A DNA stretch of 64,000 nt, taken from a virus. Location: the IMG/VR virus record IMGVR_UViG_3300027608_000014, positions 64,001 through 128,000 of that record, one strand, 5' to 3'. A program made the position numbers and the translations under genes. Of the stretch, positions 1 to 8,117 are shown piece after piece (within the stretch, counting starts at the first letter, position 1; each line of letters opens with the position of its first letter). The notes under the pieces are model-generated. The model did no database searches. It was not told the DNA's origin and worked only from the letters and a program-made list of their open reading frames with translations.

Positions 1-106
1 GTCGAATCAGCGAGTACCTTCTTCGCGGCTAAGCGATGATTTCTTTTCTCACCAACATACATCCGTAAGAAGCGGAAGTGTTGGCGTCGTTCCACTCACC
101 TTTTTT

Positions 107-213
107 TGTCGTTAGTGCGACGTTAAACATCCCGGTGCTTGGGCACTGTTAGCTGGGTTCAATTCCTAGCGAGGTCACTAAGCCCAAGGCGTTCAATCGA
201 AAGATTGGGAATG
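107..213 (+). ncRNA. Pistol-like ribozyme variant with inserted hairpins
   Basis: P1 TGTCG/CGACG around loop TTAGTG, then TTAAA. The exact pseudoknot partner CACTAA is at 176-181, with a P3-like TCAATC-GAAA-GATTGG and GA-ATG. Two extra hairpins sit before the pseudoknot partner, so the fit is non-canonical. Confidence 0.45.
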
Positions 214-249
214 ATCCAAACAAACACAGCCCCACAAGGGGAGGCGACG

Positions 250-495
250 ATGGCCGACTCCATCGTTAGGTCAGAACGTGACCTATTCGAAGAAACCCTC
301 ACTGCAGCCCTCAAGGGCCTGCGCCTCGGCAAGATGGCAAAGGTTCAGGTAATCGAGCTCCCCGAGGAGTTTGCCCTCGTAATTGACCGGAAGCACCTGC
401 TCCGGTATCGGGGGGTGGGCCCAAAGGCCGTCGCGGAGTTTGTGGAAAACCTGAGCGAGAGATTGGATGGGTGCAAGGTGTTCTTCTCCACCTGA
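250..495 (+). CDS. Hypothetical protein
   Basis: ATG at 250 is preceded by SD-like GGGGAGG and is in frame with the ORF-track ORF 139..495. Confidence 0.6.
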   Translation: MADSIVRSERDLFEETLTAALKGLRLGKMAKVQVIELPEEFALVIDRKHLLRYRGVGPKAVAEFVENLSERLDGCKVFFST

Positions 496-520
496 CACCA
501 ACTGAAGGTTCGATCCCTTC

Positions 521-586
521 CGTCGTTCGTGCGACGTTAAACAGCATACTAGGCACGAAGCGTCCACTCACTCGAGTGGGGATATG
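521..586 (+). ncRNA. Pistol self-cleaving ribozyme
   Basis: P1 CGTCG(521-525)/CGACG(532-536); loop TTCGTG pairs perfectly with CACGAA(554-559); TTAAA linker; P2 CATA(545-548)/TATG(583-586); GCG(560-562); P3 TCCACTC/GAGTGGG; predicted scissile G581-A582. Element order and spacing match the pistol consensus. Confidence 0.85.
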
Positions 587-1630
587 ATCAAAATTATCAC
601 AGAGACGCAGGCCCTCTTAATGGTCTGCACTCCCGAAGACCGGATTAAAGGTCTTGTCGTAGTTCACAGCGGCGTGTTCCACGCCGACGATGTGTTCTTC
701 GTCGCCTTCCTCACGCTGGTCAGTCCCAGCATTCAGATCGTCCGGACTCGCAAGAGCGAGATCATTGAGGCGGCGGAGATCGTGGGCGATGTTGGTGGCA
801 TCTGCGCCATCAATCAAAACCGCTACGACCACCACCAGAAGGGTGGGGCCGGTGCGCGCCTGAACGGAGTGCCCTTTGCGAGCTTCGGCTTGATCTGGTC
901 GCACACAGGCTGGACGCTGGACCTGATCGGCACCGTGCTCAGGGGCGGCGGTCAGTACAGCGCCATCGCTCGGATAGTCGACGAGTCGCTGGTCCAGGCG
1001 ATCGACGCGTCGGACTGCGGCTTCACGTCGGCCGCCAGCGACCCTTTCGCGGATGCCACTCCGCGCTACTCGCTGAGTATGGCCATCAGCGCGTTCAATC
1101 CGGACTGGTCGGAGGACGACCAGGACTTCGACGCCGCCTTCGCCAGGGCCGTCGAATTCGCACAGATGATTCTCCGTCGAGAGATCATCAGCGCGGCGGG
1201 GCAGGTCGAAGCGACGTTGGTGGTCAAGCAGGCAATCACCGAGCAGACGGACGAGCCGGAGATCTTGATCCTCAATCGGTTCTGCCCTTGGCAGAATACG
1301 GTCCTGCGATGCGCCGACGTGGTGAAGTTCGTTGTCTTCCCTTCGGAGACTGGCGACTGGCGCGTGCAGGCAGTGCCCGTCTACTCTGGCTCGTACGAGA
1401 CCAGGATGTCCCTTCCGGCAACCTGGGCAGGCCTCCGCACGGCGAAACTCGCAGCGGCGGTTCGCGCCAGTGGCGGATCGATCGGGGACGACGAGGCGGC
1501 GTTCTGCCACGACAAGCTCTTCATCGGTGGGGCGACCACCTTTGAAGGAGCCATGCAGATGGCTCGCGCCGCCCTGCCAAAGGTTGCTGAGGTCAGCATC
1601 GATCTCACGGATCTCCGTGAGCGGGCCTAG
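584..1630 (+). CDS. MYG1 (UPF0160) family DHH-like exonuclease
   Basis: HSGVFHADD, DVGG, YDHHQ, SFGLIW, IDASD and FCH..FIGG motifs. Confidence 0.9.
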   Translation: MIKIITETQALLMVCTPEDRIKGLVVVHSGVFHADDVFFVAFLTLVSPSIQIVRTRKSEIIEAAEIVGDVGGICAINQNRYDHHQKGGAGARLNGVPFASFGLIWSHTGWTLDLIGTVLRGGGQYSAIARIVDESLVQAIDASDCGFTSAASDPFADATPRYSLSMAISAFNPDWSEDDQDFDAAFARAVEFAQMILRREIISAAGQVEATLVVKQAITEQTDEPEILILNRFCPWQNTVLRCADVVKFVVFPSETGDWRVQAVPVYSGSYETRMSLPATWAGLRTAKLAAAVRASGGSIGDDEAAFCHDKLFIGGATTFEGAMQMARAALPKVAEVSIDLTDLRERA

Positions 1631-1687
1631 CAAGCCCGTGCAGTTATCTCCCGCCCCGAAAGGGGCGGGACACTTTCCGGGTTATCC

Positions 1688-2311
1688 ATGAACCCAGTAA
1701 TAAAATGGAAGTTGCCGAAAGGCATAGAAAGGCACACCATGACGTGTACCTCGTATATCCGGGTTAAGGGCCCCGTGAAAGCCCTCAAAGTCTGCAACTG
1801 GTGCGGCCCAGATGCAGAAGACCCGCAGCCGCAGCAGTTGTTCCTCGTGGCGGGGGAACAGGATTCGTTTGGGACAGAATGGCACGAGGTGTGCCAGGCC
1901 TGCATCGACGCTGGCAACGTCGCCTCCGAGACGGCGCTCGAGGTCCGAATCGCCAAGATGGTGGAGAAGCTCGGCAGTGAGCAGTCCGATACGGACTTCT
2001 ACGTCGCGGCGCTGGGCAGCCGCGACACGGTGGACGAGTGCGCCATCGTTCGGGGAGCGACGAACGCAGCCCATATGTTTGTCCGCTGGGAGGACATCGC
2101 CGCCAACAAGGGCGACTACCTCTACTCAGAGGCGCTCCGCATCGCCACTGACGACGACCGGAGCACCGTCGTCAGGTTCCGGAAGGACCGGGACGAGGAG
2201 GAGCGGCGGTACTGGGCCAAGCAGGATGAGCTGGAGGAGCTGGGGGAGCTGGAGGATCGAGATGCTCAGGATGAGCAGGATGAGCAGGATGAGGAAAGGG
2301 AGGAAGCATGA
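1688..2311 (+). CDS. Hypothetical protein with two CxxC motifs and an acidic QDE-repeat tail
   Basis: 207-aa ORF; CNWC, CQAC; CAGGATGAG repeats near the 3' end. Confidence 0.6.
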   Translation: MNPVIKWKLPKGIERHTMTCTSYIRVKGPVKALKVCNWCGPDAEDPQPQQLFLVAGEQDSFGTEWHEVCQACIDAGNVASETALEVRIAKMVEKLGSEQSDTDFYVAALGSRDTVDECAIVRGATNAAHMFVRWEDIAANKGDYLYSEALRIATDDDRSTVVRFRKDRDEEERRYWAKQDELEELGELEDRDAQDEQDEQDEEREEA

Positions 2312-2559
2312 GCGCCTCCTACGCAACAGAGGACCTCCGCAAGCTCCTCGTCGCGATCCTCCGCAAGGAGCCGCGACAAGCCAAGATCGCCCTTATGGCG
2401 GTGACCCTCACAGGGGACACCCTCACCATAAAGGGCCAACTGGAAGACTGGATCCACTCCAGCCTCCAGGCCCTCAGCCAGAAGCGAGCTCCACGCCCGC
2501 CCTCGACTGAGCTCAAGAGGATCGCGAAAGCGCTCCTCGACCACCACTTCCCTGGTTAA
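2308..2559 (+). CDS. Hypothetical protein
   Basis: ATGA overlap with the upstream stop; GGAGG upstream. Confidence 0.55.
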   Translation: MSASYATEDLRKLLVAILRKEPRQAKIALMAVTLTGDTLTIKGQLEDWIHSSLQALSQKRAPRPPSTELKRIAKALLDHHFPG

Positions 2560-2777
2560 TAATGGGAAGGTTCGGGTCTGCCTTCGGGTGGTCGCCGTTG
2601 TTAGTGATTTATCCTTACGGATACTTCCTACAACGCGACCACACCGAAGGCAGACCAGGAGACATGGCGTGTTGGTTTCATATACCCTTTTTTAGGTATC
2701 AAAGACTTTCGGCACCTTGAGTGTCACGCAGTAGGCCCTCCCTTGGCCTAACCATATGGGATTAGAAAAACGTTACC

Positions 2778-3149
2778 ATGAAAATCATGAACGTCAGTGC
2801 AGTGTTGGTTGCGGTTGTAGGTCTCATGCTTGGTGCATGCGATAAAGACGGTGCGATTAGTACCTCGATTAAGAAAGAGGAGGTCCGACACAAGGAGGCA
2901 ACCTCCGCTGAGAAAGCGCGGCACCTCAAAGAGGTCAGGGACATTAAAAACGCTGAGGCGTGGCAGAGCCTGAAGCAGAAGATGGAAGCTGCCAAGGCCA
3001 CCGTTGCCGCTGATGGCGAGAGCCTGAAACAGAAGATGGAAGCGGCCAAGGCCACCGCCGCCGCTGAGGGCGAGAGCCTGAAACAGAAGATGGAAGCGGC
3101 CAAGGCCAAGGCCTCGCGCTGGAGCTTCACCCCCAGTGCCAACCCGTAA
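2778..3149 (+). CDS. Putative lipoprotein with three 18-aa repeats
   Basis: Hydrophobic signal ending LMLGA-C (lipobox); (E/Q)SLKQKMEAAKA repeated three times. Confidence 0.7.
   Translation: MKIMNVSAVLVAVVGLMLGACDKDGAISTSIKKEEVRHKEATSAEKARHLKEVRDIKNAEAWQSLKQKMEAAKATVAADGESLKQKMEAAKATAAAEGESLKQKMEAAKAKASRWSFTPSANP
2965..3109 (+). repeat. 54-bp tandem repeat, 3 copies (third truncated)
   Basis: AGAGCCTGAARCAGAAGATGGAAGCKGCCAAGGCCA at 2965, 3019 and 3073. Confidence 0.9.
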
Positions 3150-3362
3150 ATATGGACGCCTCACCAAATAACAAGAAGGTCAACCGGATGACGGCCGAAG
3201 CTCTTCGGATCGCTCTCTCCGTCGCCAGTGAAACTGGCAACATCGACGAGAGAGGTCGCCCCATGTCGGCTAACGCTCGCCATCTAATGGCAGCGCTGGC
3301 GGCGAAGAGCTAAGAGGCTCTCCAACAAATATCCAGTGGGCCGGTGCGCCCACTGCACTTTC

Positions 3363-3424
3363 CGTGTAGAGCGCAGCCCTTTTAAGGCTGAGGTTGCTGG
3401 TTCAAATCCAGTCCTACGCGACTA
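3363..3424 (+). tRNA. D-arm-less tRNA-Lys(TTT)-like element or pseudo-tRNA
   Basis: Acceptor CGTGTAG/CTACGCG; anticodon arm CAGCC-CTTTTAA-GGCTG; T arm GCTGG-TTCAAAT-CCAGT; only AGCG where the D arm should be; ends ACTA. Confidence 0.55.
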
Positions 3425-3765
3425 TTTATGCAACAGCAAATGTTGTTGCTTCTGGGACTTGGCCCAGAAGTACCGTCCCTGAAACGCAAAGTGCAACCCT
3501 GCGAGCGGATGCGCTCTCTGTTTCAGGAGATGAGGAATGCGGCTGCGAAAGCCTGAGGATCTACTGGGCATGGGAGCCCAGCCCTTTCGGGTGGTTGCGT
3601 TGTTAGTAACTTGTCGCAAGACATTTAACTACACAACGCAATCACTTGGAGGTAGACCGGCAATGAGGCGTGTATACTTACAGATTCCTTTTCTTTACAG
3701 GTCAGCAACCTTTCCCCCAAAACCATCAGAAATCTAGAATCTCAAATTCTTCTGATTACTAATTT

Positions 3766-3842
3766 GCAGCCATAGCTCAGTCGGATAGAGCAGAAAACTT
3801 CTAATTTTCAGGTCGTTGGTTCGATCCCAACTGGCTGCACCA
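3766..3842 (+). tRNA. tRNA-Arg(TCT)
   Basis: Full cloverleaf: GCAGCCA/TGGCTGC acceptor, GCTC/GAGC D arm, GAAAA-CTTCTAA-TTTTC anticodon arm, GTTGG-TTCGATC-CCAAC T arm, encoded CCA. Confidence 0.95.
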
Positions 3843-4225
3843 TTCTCTCAGTTCAGAGTTACGCCCTGAATGAAGCCCTCTCCGCAAGGGGCCATAAATC
3901 GTGAGATATCGCCTAAGCCCGATACTCCACGTCACTTTCGTCACTTAACGGTGACCCAAACAAAACAACAACCAAAACAACCAGTGCAACTAAAACAAAA
4001 ACAAGAAGTAAAAAGTAAGCAATGTAGCCCCTCAAAGAAGAGGCTTGTGGACGACTTCCAAACCGACAAGAATTCTATGAGCAAGATGGAGCTGGTCATT
4101 TCAATGACCGCCTTCTGCATGGTAACTGGACCCGTCTATTTTGTGATCTGGTACCTCAAGCATTTTTCATTCATTGAATAAAGCAAATAACAGAACCAAA
4201 CAAACAACATAGGAGACTGCATAAC

Positions 4226-4567
4226 ATGTCAGAAACCAATGAAGGGTTAAAGGCGCTATCACTTTTGACCATGACGCTAAAGCCAGAAGCGACAGCGCCT
4301 AAGCCAGAAGCGACAGCGCCTAAGCCCAAGGCAAAACCCAAGGCAAAACCCAAGGCAAAACCCAAGGCAAAACCCAAGGCAAAACCCAAGGCAAAACCCA
4401 AGGCAAAACTGCCAAAGCGTAAGCTGAAGTTTAGGCCCAGGACGCTTACGGGGCGGTTGATTCGCCCAGTAAGGCGAGCCCTTTACTGGGCCCGCGAGTG
4501 CTGTAAAGCACTCGTAGCAGGATTACGCGGCAAAAAGTATCCGAAGAATCGGATGGAACTGCCGTAG
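4226..4567 (+). CDS. Basic PKAK-repeat (histone H1-like) protein
   Basis: PKAK x7 and KPEATAP x2; AGGAG upstream. Confidence 0.6.
   Translation: MSETNEGLKALSLLTMTLKPEATAPKPEATAPKPKAKPKAKPKAKPKAKPKAKPKAKPKAKLPKRKLKFRPRTLTGRLIRPVRRALYWARECCKALVAGLRGKKYPKNRMELP
4325..4408 (+). repeat. 12-bp tandem repeat CCCAAGGCAAAA x7
   Basis: Seven exact copies read directly from the sequence. Confidence 0.95.
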
Positions 4568-4648
4568 GCTTAGTGTCAGGAGGAGCTTTTTCGTTTATGG
4601 CCACGGCTAGCTGGTAGCTAGCCGTGGTCATTGTCTTGCAATAATCAG

Positions 4649-4987
4649 ATGAATAAATACCCATGGGATTGTCTAGAATGCGTATATCTAGGACACCATA
4701 ACGGCGCAGACCTCTATGCCTGCCCCGGAAACAATAATAATCCAACAGTTACAGCGGTCTTCAGTACAGAGGTCGGTGACTACGTGCATAGCCCAGTCAA
4801 GAGGATCGACTCCTCAGGCATTCTCACTGTAGCCCTATCCTACGCTCGCCAGCAGGGGTACTTGGATAGCAGTGATAGGTCCACTGACCGCCTCGCCCCA
4901 TTGAACGATTTTGAAATTTTAGAAGCTAAGTATCCAGTGCCAGTTATCGGTGACGTTCCGGATTTGAATCCGGTAATCACCAACTAA
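4649..4987 (+). CDS. Hypothetical protein
   Basis: ORF with DCxxCxYLG...DLYxC, a pattern common in small phage proteins. Confidence 0.55.
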   Translation: MNKYPWDCLECVYLGHHNGADLYACPGNNNNPTVTAVFSTEVGDYVHSPVKRIDSSGILTVALSYARQQGYLDSSDRSTDRLAPLNDFEILEAKYPVPVIGDVPDLNPVITN

Positions 4988-5023
4988 GACAACCAAGACA
5001 ACCAAGACAACCAACCTAATCAA

Positions 5024-5683
5024 ATGAAAAAACAAATCGAAGAGAAACAACAAGAACAGGATCGTGCAATGATGGATAAAACTATCGCAACCTTCGAAAG
5101 ACAGATCGCCCACAAGAACGATCAGGGAAACTTCCTGATCCGTGATGGGGAAGTCACACTGGGGCGACTAGTCCTCGCCGCCGGTGATGCAATGCTCAAG
5201 GTTCAGCAAGAGCTGATTCGTATGTGGCAAACTCAAACTCGAGCTCAGGAGGACACCCTCCATAAATTTTTCGCTCCTCAGGCTTCGTCGCCCATTCGCC
5301 AATCAACTCGATTGGCTGATTTCATCGACGAGGATGCTGCTCGGTTCAGAGTTACAGCCAAGAACTATCGCGCTGCGGGCCAAACTGATCTGGCCAAGAA
5401 GGTTACCAATATGTGTATCGCATTTGATGCAATGGCTGCCGGTCTGCGGAAAAACTTCGACGAGTCTGGCAGCCTGTTTGCCAAGTACAATTTTGCTGTT
5501 CCGGCGACGAAGGAGAATCTTCAGAATGACCACAATCTCAGTCCTATCAGCAATGTTGATGATGATAAAGGAGAACCAGATCAGGACTCCCTGGACGCCT
5601 GGAAGGCGAGCCTCCATCAGGACGACGTGGTGCACAGTATCCGGGGACGGTTTGCTGAGCACGTAGCGTCTCAGGGCATCTAA
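5024..5683 (+). CDS. Hypothetical protein
   Basis: 219-aa ORF with an A-rich leader. Confidence 0.65.
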   Translation: MKKQIEEKQQEQDRAMMDKTIATFERQIAHKNDQGNFLIRDGEVTLGRLVLAAGDAMLKVQQELIRMWQTQTRAQEDTLHKFFAPQASSPIRQSTRLADFIDEDAARFRVTAKNYRAAGQTDLAKKVTNMCIAFDAMAAGLRKNFDESGSLFAKYNFAVPATKENLQNDHNLSPISNVDDDKGEPDQDSLDAWKASLHQDDVVHSIRGRFAEHVASQGI

Positions 5684-6137
5684 TCTCATGCAGTCAAAGG
5701 CGTCAGCCTCCTGCCTGTAGGGTTTCGCCCATACGAAGGGAGGACAGAGGAATGGAGCCATCTTCACCCTCGAAGGCCCGGACGTAGGGAAGTGTCAAAG
5801 GATGGAATTTCCTAATGGCGTTACTTTCCGACTTAAAGTAAAGTCGGTGGTGGAGGGTGCAATAGCCGAAACGCAAGTGCGCCCCTGTAAATGCGAGATC
5901 GGCTCAACTTCACTGTTGGGTCGGTCTCGCGATTTAGGCTCACATCTTATGATCCAATGTAGGCTTCCAGAGCTGAGATTGGGAAGGGTAGTGGGTCCAA
6001 ATCGCGAGACAAAAACTCGCTGCGCCTAAAAGGCGCTTGTTCTGCAAACTCAAATTGAAACTAAGAACGTGGCGCCCAATGGGTCTCTGCGACATCAAAG
6101 TAATATTCAAAGTTTTACAGAGCAAATTCAACAGCAG

Positions 6138-6358
6138 AGTCGAATAGCATAAAAGGATTCATTTAGCCGATCCCAACTCTAACATGATATGCGGGTTCAA
6201 TTCCCGCCCTCGGTGCTCAGCTCATCTGATCGTTTACTTAGTAACGATTCCTTTAAAATGGAAACAGGTGGGCTGAGCACCGAGGTAGCACAATGGTAGT
6301 GCGCGTGCCATGAAACTGAGGTTGGTTAATTTAGGGTCCGACAAAAGCCAGTTCGACT
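6138..6358 (+). ncRNA. YrlA-type Y RNA (permuted tRNA mimic)
   Basis: 5' AGTCGAATAG pairs with 3' TTCGACT (GNCGAA motif); T arm GCGGG-TTCAATT-CCCGC (6191-6207); 21-bp closed acceptor-like stem 6208-6228/6265-6285; D arm TA-GCAC-AATGGTA-GTGC. The T-acceptor-D order is the YrlA topology. Confidence 0.75.
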
Positions 6359-6378
6359 ATTCTATGAAATGAATAACG

Positions 6379-6418
6379 GGTGGGGTCAGCGGCAATGCTG
6401 ACCCCACCTAATTTTGTT
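6379..6418 (+). terminator. Intrinsic terminator-like hairpin
   Basis: GGTGGGGTCAGC/GCTGACCCCACC 12-bp stem followed by TAATTTTGTT. Confidence 0.6.
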
Positions 6419-6462
6419 AGTACTTTTATCAAGAAACTTAATGCAAGTTAAACGATAAAATC

Positions 6463-7218
6463 ATGAGTAAGAAAGCACACGAGCTGATCGCCGTTCAGGG
6501 TGACCTCACCGCAAAAACCAAAGCAATCCTTCTGGAGACCTTTAAGGCCTTCTCAGGAAAACCAGAGCTCTTCCTCGGCTCCTACAAAGCAACTAAGGCC
6601 TACAGTGCCGATCGATCGCAGGGAATCGACGCTGAGGAATTCAAGGATCTCACTACAACTGTGCCTGAGCGAATCGGCTATACTCTGGCTGTGGTCAAGG
6701 ACGAGATCAACGCACGCGCATCCTTGGATGCCACCAATTGCCTAGCCAAGGCAGATCTTATTATCGATGGAGTGGTACTCGCCACGGGCATTCCAGCGGT
6801 ATCACTCTTGCTCCTCGAGCAGCAGTGCGGTGCCTGGCTTGAGCTCTTCACATCAGCCCCAACCCTAGCGAACGGCGTCGCCTGGGAATTGGATCCCGAC
6901 AAGGGACCGGACATCTACGTCACTAAGCATCCTATTGTCAGAACGAAGACCGAAAAGGTTTCTTCTGCAGTAGTCTTGGCACCTGCCACTCAACAGCATC
7001 CGGCTCAGGTCAAGGAAGTCGTCAATGATGTTCCTGTGGCCAGCATCACGGAGACTCAGTGGAGCGGCATGGTCAGTTCTGCCTACAAACACGGCGGAGC
7101 GGAAAAGGTACAGAAGCTGAAGACAGCGGCTAAAGAAGCACGTCAGCGAGCCAACAATCAGGAAGTCGTCATCTCCACTCTCGGAGATGTAGTCTTTAAC
7201 TACCTGATGAAGAGCTAA
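6463..7218 (+). CDS. Conserved-looking phage hypothetical protein
   Basis: 251-aa ORF with TxxHPAQV and a C-terminal ARQRAN segment; no function assigned. Confidence 0.75.
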   Translation: MSKKAHELIAVQGDLTAKTKAILLETFKAFSGKPELFLGSYKATKAYSADRSQGIDAEEFKDLTTTVPERIGYTLAVVKDEINARASLDATNCLAKADLIIDGVVLATGIPAVSLLLLEQQCGAWLELFTSAPTLANGVAWELDPDKGPDIYVTKHPIVRTKTEKVSSAVVLAPATQQHPAQVKEVVNDVPVASITETQWSGMVSSAYKHGGAEKVQKLKTAAKEARQRANNQEVVISTLGDVVFNYLMKS

Positions 7219-7400
7219 GAATTTTTAATTTTGTCTTGGGAGGAACAATGCGCCATCACGTTGAAAGCGCTTATTAAGCCCGGTGAAAGCCCGACCAGAT
7301 CTTCCGTTCCTCTCTTCCTCTTGCAGGAGCTATACTGACTATGGCTGGCAAATAACTAACCAACAACCTGGCGCCTCAGCAGACTCTGGGGCAAATTTTT

Positions 7401-7478
7401 CACGTAACAGCTCAACCTGGTAGAGCACCTGTATGCAGAACAGGACGTTGCTGGTTCAAATCCAGTCCTACGTGACCA
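7401..7478 (+). tRNA. Atypical tRNA-Cys(GCA)-like gene
   Basis: D arm GCTC/GAGC; anticodon arm CCTGT-ATGCAGA-ACAGG; T arm GCTGG-TTCAAAT-CCAGT; CACGTA/TACGTG acceptor; ACCA end. Deviations are C8, A32 and an extra nucleotide before the acceptor 3' strand. Confidence 0.6.
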
Positions 7479-7534
7479 CTTTCAGTAAACCAGCAAAACC
7501 AACAAAAAAAAACAAAAACTAAAACAACAAAACA

Positions 7535-8056
7535 ATGACAACTACTGAGACCAATAAATACATCCGCCTGCTCCGGCGCCTGAAAACGCTGAACCATAGC
7601 TGGATCGAGGCGGCTGAGATACTGAAGAAAATTCGGGACGAGAGGCTGTACTTGGGAGAATACAGCTCCTTCAATCAGTTCTGCGCCTGCGAGCTGGGGA
7701 GAACCGACCTGAACATCCGCTATAAGATAAGGGCTGGGGAGATTGCTAAGGCAATCCACAGTGAGTTTGGTATCGCAATCTGTAACGACCATGCAGCTGC
7801 GTTAATTCCGCTAAGATCGGAGGAGCGTATCGCTGCCTTCAAGGAAGCGATGGCCTCGTCTGGGACAGGGATGCCGACGAAACAACAAATAAAAGAGGTA
7901 GTACAGCGAAGGGATGGCTCACCCCTGTTCTTGACTATCCATGCGTTGGTAAGAAAAGTGAAATGTCCAAAGGGGGTGTTTCTATCCCCAAAACGGTCCA
8001 AGCAGTTTGAGGAGGACCTGTTGTGGTTCATCCAGCAGTGGCTGGCAAATAACTAA
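7535..8056 (+). CDS. Hypothetical protein, possibly DNA-binding
   Basis: LKKIRDERLY..YSSFNQFC, a motif common in phage proteins. Confidence 0.65.
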   Translation: MTTTETNKYIRLLRRLKTLNHSWIEAAEILKKIRDERLYLGEYSSFNQFCACELGRTDLNIRYKIRAGEIAKAIHSEFGIAICNDHAAALIPLRSEERIAAFKEAMASSGTGMPTKQQIKEVVQRRDGSPLFLTIHALVRKVKCPKGVFLSPKRSKQFEEDLLWFIQQWLANN

Positions 8057-8117
8057 CCAACAAACCGGCACGTCAGCGGGCGTTGACCTTCGGGCGACTC
8101 TGGGGTACACTTTAATT

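Noticed and set aside
617-1633. 338-aa minus-strand ORF
   Set aside because: It is the antisense shadow of the GC3-rich MYG1 gene and has no recognisable motifs.
3394-3737. Short ORFs overlapping the tRNA-like region
   Set aside because: They overlap tRNA-like structure and hairpin-rich sequence and show no coding signal.
5690-6110. RNase P or SRP RNA
   Set aside because: The hallmark GAGGAAAGTCC and SRP GGAA-GCAG motifs were not found, so it is kept only as an unassigned structured region.
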